Part shown: in pieces, positions 1 to 10,177 of the stretch
Layout: every line of letters starts with the position of its first letter
How positions within the stretch are numbered: the stretch's first letter is position 1
Assembly (NCBI GenBank): GCA_030704615.1
Contig: CM060731.1
Location: 64,170,001 to 64,234,000, forward strand
DNA from: Takakia lepidozioides
Taxonomy: Eukaryota; Plantae; Bryophyta
Direction of reading: 5' to 3'
Length of the DNA: 64,000 nt
Notes under the pieces: model-generated
What the model was told of the DNA's origin: nothing
Databases searched by the model: none
What the model saw: only the letters and a program-made list of their open reading frames with translations
Position numbers and translations under genes: made by a program

Positions 1-360
1 CTCCAAAAAAGTAATAATTGTTGACGAGCACAATCTACTTTCGACCCAACGGCTGATCTGCAAGTGCCACAAATGATGGGCCTTAGCCAAAGCTTGAATA
101 GGCATCAGTAGGCCTAGCAGGGTGGTGCCAATCAATTACCTCCCAGGTCTCAAGTGAGGTGGCCTAATGGGTTGGCTAGGTAATTATCCGTCAGGGATAT
201 ACCTTTTGAAGTGAATACTTACCTACCTGCCATGCAAGGATATCTACACCCTAACAATTCGATGATTAATAGATAATTACCCTGTCGGGTCTAGTTGTAG
301 TTAAATGATTATACGATTATACCATGATGTCCAGGTATATGATATATCCGCACAACACTA
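1..360. mobile_element. Right end of a hAT-type non-autonomous TIR element, left boundary not resolved
   Basis: Ends ...CCGCACAACACTA at 360, the near reverse complement of the CAGTGTTGTGC terminus at 364. GGGTAA/TTACC/GGATA subterminal motifs resemble those at 400-620. Confidence 0.45.
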
Positions 361-1130
361 AACCAGTGTTGTGCAGGTAAATCGATTTTTGCTTATCCTC
401 CAGGTAAGGGTAAATAGAAATCAGAGGATTATTTATCCTCTGGGGAAGGGTAAATTATTTGTATGTCCATTTATTTATCCTCCGGGTAAGGGTAATTTTT
501 TTACATGTCCATTTACTTATCCTACGGGTAAAGGACAAAGGCCAAAAATTTGACCGGATAAGGATAAATACCGGGTAAGGATAAATAATTTACCCTTTTT
601 ATACCCGCCGGGTAAATAAAGGATATATTGAAGGATATATAGTTTTTAACTAATTAATTAAGGTAATCAATTTTTGGTCTATTTTTTGGTTTAGTATAAG
701 GCTGATATGTTGTATTCATGTAGTGAATAATATGAGGGATAATCATGAGCTTGTCTCTTTACATCAAAGATAATAATCAAACAAAACCAAATAAAACAAT
801 GTACGAGTGCCTCGTCCACGAAACTAGTGCCTCGGAGATCCAAGTAAAGATAATAATGAAAAAAAGTATGACAATGCAATGTAATATATAATTTCAAGGC
901 TTATGGCTAATAATATGACATAATCACTATATTATCTCTATGAAGTGCTAAAGATACACAAGGAGGAAGAAGTGCCAAAATACATGATAGTACCCTACAT
1001 TTAATTAAGTTTACCCTTTTATATACTCTCAAACATTTAAATTTTGAAGTTTAAGGTAACAAACTATCTTTTGAGAGAAGACATTCAAGGTCATATTGAG
1101 ATGAATTTAACTCCAGCTGAAGGTTAGAAC

Positions 1131-2330
1131 ATGGATGAGTTTAGAAAGAAGAAGCTCAGAGCTCTCACTATTATCAATCTCTCTCTTTCTGATAAGATCA
1201 TCCACTATATCTCCCACTTGACTAAACCAAAGGCAGTTTGGGATGCTCTTGTCAAGGTGTACGATAACAAATCATCATCTAGGCAAATGGCAGTAAGGAA
1301 TAAGCTTCAGAACATGAAAATGACTGAAGATACTTCAATGGAAGAATTCCTTGAAACCATCACTAGTCTTTGTTACCCAACTTGCTAGCTTTGGTGAAGA
1401 GATCGAGGAGCACATTGTGGTAGAGACCATTCTGAATGCATTGCCCGATTCATACCTTGCTTATAGATATTCCATCATGGATCAGAGAGAGCTCCCAGAT
1501 TTTGCAGAACTCACTTCAAAGTTGCTACATGAGGAAAGTCGAAGAGAGCTACGAGGACGCAAATTGAACCAGAACGAAGTCCTGTGGGTGAAGTTGAAAC
1601 ACTTCAATCATGCGTATAAGAGTACTCGGGGGGCCAGACTTACCTCGACTATGAAATCATCAATGGGTACCTGCAACCGATGTGGTAAGGAGGGTCACTG
1701 GGCGAAGAAATATTGTTCGGTGCCATATGACGAAATCATCCGATCTCGATCCCAACAGGCCAACGTTGTGGAGGACATGCCAGAAGAATCTGATGATGAA
1801 AATAGCGGTGATGTTGTCAAAATGCTTGAAATGGCGATGGCGGCACAATGCACTTGACACACACGTTGTTGTTTCTCCAAGGGATAGACATGCATCATGG
1901 ATTATGGACTCGAAGGCAAGCAAGCATGACACAGACAACTCCAATATTTTTCATAATATTGAAGTAGGCAGCAACAATACTTCTAGTGTATGCTCTGCTA
2001 GTGGCACTTATCACTCAGTGAGAGGGAAATGCCACACAAATGTACTCTCAAATGGATCAATAAAGTGGATTACAGATGTTTTGTACGTGCCTCGTATGAC
2101 GAGAAATCTCTTATCTGTTGTGCTCTAGCTGACAAGGGTCATCTTGGAATAAAAGATTCTCGAAAATGTCTATTTGTAGATAAGAACCAGCCTCACAATG
2201 TTGTTCTTCAAGGAATACGAGTAAATCCACTGATCTAGTATACAAGTTGGATTCAAATGAGCAAACTCTCCATGAGATCAACTCTGTAAAATCTGATGAG
2301 ATTGCTAGATTGTGGTATAAGAGACTTGGT
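1131..2330 (+). pseudogene. Ty1/copia gag-protease-pre-integrase relic
   Basis: UBN2-type gag (AVWDALVKVY..., ILNALPDSY), zinc knuckle CNRCGKEGHWAKKYC, protease-like WIMDSKASKH and VLYVPRMTRNLLSV, GAG-pre-integrase LWYKRLG near 2310. Frameshifted; no integrase core or RT. Confidence 0.9.
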
Positions 2331-2993
2331 GTTAGGGACGAGAACATGACTGAACTTAAACAAGAGATCAGATTAGAGATATAAGACTAGACAAGAAGTC
2401 AGGGTCGGTGTGGCCAAATACATTATGGATAAATATGAATCAAGATGAATATGTAGTCTTTACAATAAGGACAAGAGTACAAGATACTGGAACTAGAGTA
2501 CTGGAATACTGTGTCAAGTTATTTTACCACTAGTGTGAAACTAGCTAGGAAATAGCTAGCTTTTACATATTAACATTTGGGATTGGCCCAAGTGTCAATC
2601 CAGGGGTCAAGGCAGATTTAGGCCTTGGAGTGGTTATCTTCACGGCAAGCGCGGGAGGCTCATCTTTCTCGAGTTGAGCATCACCGCGCCTAGCTATGGC
2701 GCCGTAGTGTGGATTCACCATGGCGTGGGATGCAACTTGGCTTGACTTGTATTTGAGTGATGAGGTTATATATGCATGAGATTATATTTGTATTCTTCTT
2801 CTTTATCATTGTGTGGACTAGTGACTGCCATAATGGGCAACATAGTGGCAGCCTAGTGACTGACTAGTTGTAGCCTAGTGGTTGGACTAGTGGTGGGACT
2901 AGTGATATACTAGCGTGACATGTGTTGTGTGGTTTTGGACAGCGATGTAGTTGTGTAGCGATATGTATGCGCACGACAGAATGAACAATAACA
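2330..2993. mobile_element. Possible solo LTR
   Basis: Starts TGTTA exactly where copia homology stops and ends TAACA just before the hAT subterminal repeats resume. No TSD. Confidence 0.3.
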
Positions 2994-3354
2994 ATACCTT
3001 TATTTAAACCATACCTGGTATTTATTATACCCTCAGGTTATAAATGAGGTTTTTATTATGTATTTATGCCCTTCAAAACTTGCCAACAAAAATCATATCT
3101 ACCCTTATTCCGGGGGTAAATATAACTTTAAAAATACAATATGCCCGGACCGGGTGGGTAAGACAAAATAAATTTCACTCTTACGCGGACCCGGAGGGTA
3201 TGTTTAAGCAATACACTGACCCGCACAACACTGGTCTAACCTAATATAAACGGACAGAACAGTTTAGGAAAACTCTTGAGTAGATAATAATAATAATATA
3301 TGGCGCCTCCCAAAAGAAGCGTAAATCATGGTGTCTCTTCACCATGAACGATTA

Positions 3355-3700
3355 GTGCCTTCCCCATGGTGGAAGGTGGGCACCTTTGTGACACCTATTG
3401 GTGGATCGAACAAACCCCCCAAGGGTTGCCACTACCTTAGGTGGACACCTTGGTAATGCCTTCCCGCCAGGAACCGCGGACACCTTTGTGACACCAATTA
3501 GTGGATGGAACCCACCCCCGAAGGGTTGCCACTACCTTAGGTGGGCACCTTTGCGACACCAATGGGTGGTTTGAACCCAACCCCCAAGGGTTGCTGCCTT
3601 CCGGTAGGAAGGTGGACACTTTTGTGACACCGTTTGAGCCCAGCCCCCATGGGTTGCTGCCTTCCGGTGGGAAGGTAATAGTGTGGTTTGAACCCATAAC
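3355..3700. repeat. Degenerate tandem repeat, about 5 copies of a 60-100 bp unit, overlapping the LRR gene 3' end
   Basis: Recurring GG(G/A)CACC/TTTTG(T/C)GACACC...GAACCC.CCCCCAAGGGTTGC. Confidence 0.85.
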
Positions 3701-5908
3701 CGATTCAACCGCTTTTTTGGTAATTTGTGCCCAATACCGCTGGGCTATATCTTCGGCGCTGTCTTGAGCAGATACTGTAATTGAGTGTCTCTCTAGCAAC
3801 TCGACTGCTTTCTTGTGCATCTCGATCTCTTGCATCTCCAGTGCTTTCTCTTGGATCTCGAGTTTTTTCTTTTGAAACTCGAGTGCTTTCTTTTGCATCT
3901 CGAGTGCTTTCTCTCTCATGACTTGTGTATATGGTTCTAAAATTGCCTCGAATATATTCCCATCCTCGAGTGCATTCTCTTTAAACACTTGTACATGAGC
4001 CCCCACTATCGTATCGGGACTGTCAATGCCTGAAAACAGGTTGCCATCTACATTGATGTTTGATAGACCTGGCATATTCGGTAGCTGTCCGGGAATGAAA
4101 CCTGTCAAATCGTTATGGGCCAGGTTTAGAACCTGTAGGCTTCGAAGTTCTCTAAATTCTGGAGGGATGCTGCCCGTCAACCGATTTCTGGAAAGATCCA
4201 AGTATGACAGGTTGTGGCAGTTACCAAGCCACGCGGGTACTGAACCTGCAAGCTGATTAGATCCCACATGAAACGTGACAATGTGTTGCAGGGCAGCGAG
4301 TTCCTGTGGAATTGAACCACGCAATGCGTTGAATGAAAGGTCGATCGTCTGCACATCAGCGCGTATTTGTGAGGACCTCACAGAACGCTTTGGTCGTATC
4401 CACAAGTTTTTTCTTAAATTACAAGTTTGGATTCTGCATTGAATCTTCGTTGCGTGTACTTGATATTTCAATTATTTCAAACTCTTTTATGTGCATAAAT
4501 GCCGATTCAAATCTTTAGATGTTATAGTGGTATAAGAAAGTAGACCAAAAACGATTGACAAATTGGGACAAGGGAACTGACCTCCAAGTTGTGGCAATTA
4601 GAGAGCGAAGGTGGTATGGGGCCAGTGATTCCACAGTGAGCCAGATTCAGACTTCTCAACTTCTGGAGATTCCCCAACTGAACTGGAATATAATTACCAC
4701 TTAACTTGTGATTCCAGCTAAGATCAAGCTCCTGCAAAGTACAAGTATTAATAACGTTATATCAGGCTCCGCTTGAAGCGCTAATTGTTAATTCCTAAGC
4801 AAAGGGCTCCCCATCCGCTGACCCTGGTTAGTGCACTCAGGGCAGCTATGGCAGCATCAAGGGCTGTTTCAGGGCATTTGTGTGTCATTTTCGATGTCAC
4901 AAGTCACAACGTCGCTTGATGATATTCGCATAAACGTTAATCTACATCTCTCAACCTGTTAGGTGTTACGATCACCAATTTTTTTTTTACTCATTCAAGT
5001 TTGACTGTCGTCTGGCCAGGAACACTCATCTCCAGGTTGAGCGTGAAGAAGTATGAATGAATTTCTTGAGAAGCCCAAAATGTGTAAAGTAAATTATGTC
5101 CTTAACTAGTGAAAGGGAGCCTTTCCTTTCACAAGGAGCTTGTGACAATACTACCGACAATCCATCTTCGCACAAAGATTTAGAACATCATGTTTATCAA
5201 AGAAAGTCAAATCACTTATGTAGACAGCGAATTGACTGGGAAACTGATAATAAACCCATTTCGTACTTGGACAAGAAAGTACTAACTTACCTCCAAGCTG
5301 GTGCAGTAAGCGAGCTCAAAAGGTATGACGCCATAGATTTCACAAGCAACCAACTTCAGACTTCTCAATTTCCTGAGATACCCAAAAGAGGTTGGAATCA
5401 GACCTGATATGCCATTCCGGCTAAGATCAAGTTCCTGCAAGCTGCTACAGTTGCCTAGCTCCGGAGGGATGGGCCCACTAATATTATAATTCAGGGAAAG
5501 GTTAAGGTGTTGTAAGTTGAGAAGATTTCCTATCTGGGGAGGGATGCTCCCAGACAGGGCGTTATCACTCAGGTCCAAATGTTGTAAACTAGATATGGAC
5601 CAAAGATTGGAAGAAATCAACCCTGACAATCCCAGTCCCGAAAGAGAGAGCTTTGTAACGCATCTGTCAGCATTGCAAGCAACCCCTGTCCAGTTGCAAG
5701 GAGACATATCAGTGGCGACCCAATCGGACAGTTGGTTGTGGGCCAGCCCTTTCAGTCCGTCCTTGAAGTCCAGCAGGGCCGCCAAGTCTGAACCTCTCAC
5801 TCCAACCGGCCACAGTCCACCACAACACAGTAGCAGCACCGCCATGAACAAGGAAAGATGCGAGAAGAGCTGTGTAGCTGATCTATTAGTCATGAGCGCC
5901 CCCGCCAT
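3437..5908 (-). CDS. Secreted plant LRR protein (~559 aa): signal peptide, LRRNT_2 cap, about 11 LRRs, coiled-coil/repeat tail, no TM or kinase. Exons 5908-5291, 4731-4582, 4348-3437
   Basis: Hydrophobic leader; SDLAALLDFK...LSDW...SPCNWTGVAC cap; LxxLDLSxNxLSGxIPxxLG repeats. Phase-0 GT-AG junctions (GAG|gtaagt...ttgcag|GAG and GAG|gtcagt...gtgcag|ACG) join the three ORFs in frame. Confidence 0.88.
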
Positions 5909-7270
5909 ATCCCAATTAATTTCTCATAAGCTTGCCTTTGATCTTTCTACACCCGCTCACCCTCAACAATCTAGGACCAAAGTCCAGTTGCTGTTGATGG
6001 ATCACCACTTTTTTACCACAAATTTGGGAGGTTGTAAGGAAATTGAAGGATTTTTTCAAGCAAAAACGAAGTGATGAAATCAGCACTCTTCCCCCGGATT
6101 GAGAGAGGGACGTCAAGGGGAGGCACGTCAAGTCCTTCACTCACACCAGATTGCGCTTCATATGCTAGCTTCTCTTGCTTAATGTAAAGGCTTTGATTAC
6201 TGCCTGAGCCTGCTGGATACTTGGCAGGGGTCACATGTGATGCACATTTTTTCCTTGCCGGCAACTTTGCTCTCAGTTCTCTGTTTACATTTTGGTGGCT
6301 GGCCGCCAAGATCTTTGTCGCTAGTCTGTATCTTCTATGGACATGTCCGTCTTCTTCGTGGAGATGTCGGCGAGGGTCGGTCCCGGTAGTCCAGTGCAAA
6401 CGGGAGAGACGATTGAAAAAATGCGCAGTCGCAGAACGACGAGGACGGATGAACTGGTTTGGCTCCGCAGATAGACGGATGACACTCGTTCATCCGTGCT
6501 TCCTCCAACAGACGATCTCTGCCCTTCGACTCGGATCGATTTGTTAGGCAACATCCTCAGATGAAAGTGACCCTTTTTACTTCTGATTTCATCCACCCCT
6601 GTTCTCGTTTTGCGTTCATCCAGGACAGCTTCAGATGCCATACTTACTTTGAAGGAATGTCACAGCCTGTCCATCACAAACACGCTCAGCACTGAAACAC
6701 CTTGAGGATCTAATCCCAAGTCTTTTGCAGATCATTCTCCAGTGTGCATACCCGATCTTCGAAGTTTAGTTAATTGAAGTGGTACAATTGACTGGATGCT
6801 GGTTGCAAATGAAGACTTGCAGAACCTGAGCCAAATGTGTCACTAAATTCCTGCAGAATTGCTGCCATGGATCTTCTGCCAGATGTAGAAGCAGAACAGG
6901 AATGTCCAGTGTATTAGTAGTCAATATACAAAGATGAGACGTGAGACGACACTGTTGTGACTAATGGAGCCAGCATACCACACTTGCAGCTTGAGGTTGA
7001 GTAATTCCATGTGTCCATTCTCACAGGACTGTGCTTCCAATATTCTTCAGCACACTGCAATACAAACTCCTTCACAGACATCATTTCTTCAAAACGGAGC
7101 ATAGACAGGCCAGCTGTACATATGGACGATCATCTGCAGCGTTTCACTTTACAGTTTTGACACAAACCGATCACCAATCTCTGTTTAAATTGGACACTCC
7201 GAAACCATTATTTCAATAAGAGAGTACACCTTCAATGGAAACCAGCCGCATGAATCAGCAAAAGTACATA

Positions 7271-7380
7271 CCTTGCCATGGATGACAAACCAGCAGTCAT
7301 CTTCTTTTTTTGTGTTCTGCAACCTGCTCGAGGGTGAATATAACGTCCATGTGAGATTGAACCTACGACAGGCTTGGCAG
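7271..7380 (-). pseudogene. Cytochrome b5-like first-exon relic
   Basis: QNTKKEDDCWFVIHGK followed by a gtatgt donor matches the b5 motif H.xxxDCW.vI.GKVYD. The downstream HPGG motif was not found. Confidence 0.5.
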
Positions 7381-8779
7381 GATGTTGAACTGTTCAGCAA
7401 TCGTCGACGGCTGTCTGGGGGAGGAGATGGGGATGTCACTTGGAACAGCAGGTGGTGGCAAGCTCTCGTTGATCAAGACCAAAAGCTACATATGAAGATG
7501 GTAGTGAAGTGTACAGGGAGGAGATTAGGGATTTTCTTCTTCTGGTTTTTTCCCTAGATAAGAAAACTTGTAGACACAGAGTACAGGTACAGGTACAGAG
7601 TGTGGCAGACGGGGTCACGACCATGGTGAACAGTGTCTACGAGTAGCTGGGAAGAGAGATGATACAGAAGTTGATGCATGGTGTGGCGGTTGGGAGGACT
7701 GGGTGTATCCCAGTACCATGTGCAATTCTAGGATTGGGTGACAATTCCAGTTGAGTAAGGAATCATTGGGACTTGAAGGATCTGTACACTGAAGTAAAGA
7801 TCTCACTCCCTGCCAATGGTTCCATCATGACCAGACTTGAATCTAAACTAAGTCCTTGGCAATTAGGCGAGATCACACATCATAGGCCACTGCAGTCGTC
7901 ACTCTGTGCCACTGGCTCTTATTCCAAATACCAACCAGGGCAGGGCGGGAGTAAGAACAGCTACGTTGCGGCCCTAGCGACCCCCGGAGGTCGCCAAGGG
8001 GAAAAACCAGTCGCAGGGGGGGGGGGGTCGGCCGTTGCTACGCAATGGGTTGTGGCGACGCCAGGGCGCCTTATGCGATCCCCTCCCGTGGCAAGCTTGA
8101 AATTCCCGTCGCATGGGCACTGTTGAAAACGACGCCCTGCCGTGACATGCCGCGTGGTGGTGGGGGGGGGGGGGGGGGTTTGTGTTTTGGGGGTTGATTT
8201 TGGGGGGTGAATTGGGGGTGATTTTTGGTTTTTCCCTAGTTTGTTTTTGGTGTGTTGGAAGACCTTATAGCTTCCATTGCTCTGATTTAATAGGTACATA
8301 GCGTACGTTATTGCATAGGTTTGACCAAGAATGAATCAAGGGTAAGGCCGGTGCAACACATGAATAAGAGGGAAGATAGAAAGATGGAAATATATTTAGA
8401 AGTAATGAGCTGAAATGCTCTGCTCACAAGGGTTCAGTAGGTTGACACTGGGACCTACACGGATTACAACTAGTCATCATCATCCTCATCATCATCCTCA
8501 AAGGAGGACTTAGAGCTATCCGATGGGCCTTATGACTCCGCGCCCTTTGCCCGAGCATGTACAGCAAGCAGCGTACCCCTAACTCCCACGGAGCCCCGGT
8601 TATTAGCATCACGTCCGTCCATCAGCGTCAGGTCACGTCAGACCTGACGCTGACGGGACCTCCGTCACTTCAAGTTCGGGGAATATTTTGGTAAAAATAG
8701 TACCAGGTAAAATACTGTCACTTAAGCAGCAACGTTGCCAACACGGTGGAGGTGGCAAATACATTTTGAAAATTAACAA

Positions 8780-9745
8780 AATGAACGAGACCGCCAATTA
8801 TGGTGGTCGCTTTGTTTTTCGAAATTAAAAAAAAAAAAAATAGCGACCACCGTATTGGCGGTCGCTTCAATTTTATTTTTTTTAAGCAAGATTGGCGGTC
8901 GCACTGGCGGTCTTTTTTTTTTTGAAATGAAAAAAAAGAAATAGCGACCGCCATATTGGCGGTCGCTTCAATTTATTTATAAACAAAAGCAAGATTGGCG
9001 GTCGTCTAATTTAAAAAAGAAAACAAGCGACTGCCGTATCGGCAATCGCACAATTTTGCAAATATATATAGAACAAGTGACCACCATATGGCGGTCGGAT
9101 AATTTCAAAAATATATATAAAAAAAAACAAGCGACTGCCATATGGCGGTCGGATAATTTCAAAAATATATTAAAAAAACAAGCGACCGCCATTTGGCGGT
9201 CACTTAATTTCAAAAATATATAGAAAAACAAATGACCGCCATATGGCGGTCAGTAAATTTAAAATTATATAATAAAACAAGCGACATATGAAAATAAAAG
9301 CGACCCCCACACCGTTGGTTGCTTATTTTAAAATAATACAATATTTGCGACTGCCAAATTGGCGGTCGCTTTAATTTAATAATATATAAAATAAAAGCGA
9401 CCGCCAGCCTGGAGGTCGCGTAAACTTAAAAATATAAAAATTAAAAGCGACCGCGCGTTTTTAAAAAAATATTAAGAATAAAAACGACCACCATATTGCA
9501 GGTCGTTTTATTTTAAATATATAAACAAATAAAACGACCGCCATACCGGTAGTCACATTATATTCGGAAATAAAAGACAATAGTGACCGCCATACGGGCG
9601 GTCACTTAAATTTAAAAATATACAAAATAGAAGTGACCGCAATATTGCACAAAATGAAAGGAAATAAAAGCGACCGCAATAGTGGCGGTCGCTTGTTTTT
9701 CATAAAAAATAAAAATAGCGGCCGCAGTATTAGCGATCGCTTAAT
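8780..9745. repeat. Array of about 20 palindromic GCGACCGCC-N4/5-GGCGGTCGC units at ~50 bp period with A-rich spacers, probably transposon subterminal repeats
   Basis: Units visible near 8787, 8843, 8944, 9027, 9077, 9131, 9182, 9233, 9347, 9397, 9485, 9535, 9583, 9670 and 9718. Confidence 0.9.
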
Positions 9746-10177
9746 TTCAAAATTATATCAAATATGGTTGTACTGTCTTTTTCGGGTGGGCGCTATTGGT
9801 TCGTCATTTATTCATTTCACTTTTATTTCACTTTTATCCTTCCTGGATCATATATAAGGGAGCAAGGTTACGAAGCTCCTCACTTCTTTTGGCGCAAACA
9901 CTTGAGGTTGCTTTGGATGTTCTTTTCCATTGAACGAGCGTGTAGCCCAAGAGGAAGGGTGCACACATTTTGCCATTATGGCTTCCACCAAAGCCACTTC
10001 AGCAGATTGTATATAAGCTCAACACTACAACCCACATCGACCCACTTGAGTTGCTGACAGGTGTATAAGTGTTGGGCTATCGCATTGCACTCTACATTCA
10101 CAACACGTTCATTTATAAGTGACTGTTTTTTTGCTGCTTACATCACTAGGGCCCAGGGGAGTGGATATTGGGTGAAG

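Larger units (their letters stand above)
364..3233. mobile_element. hAT-type non-autonomous DNA transposon with a nested copia relic
   Basis: TIRs CAGTGTTGTGCAGGT (364-378) and ACCCGCACAACACTG (3219-3233) match 14/15. CAGTG termini are hAT-like. GGTAAGG(G/A)TAAA motifs are repeated near the left end and related GGGTAA motifs near the right. The 8-bp TSD is not intact (CACTAAAC vs GTCTAACC). Confidence 0.65.

Noticed and set aside
5517-6074. 185-aa plus-strand ORF
   Set aside because: Antisense shadow of LRR exon 1.
7936-8230. Left TIR of the hAT transposase element (CAGGGC...)
   Set aside because: Plausible terminus with GCGAC motifs, but no matching right TIR or TSD was found in the window.
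8780-9745. CRISPR array
   Set aside because: Eukaryotic context, no cas genes, degenerate repeats, and low-complexity spacers that resemble each other.
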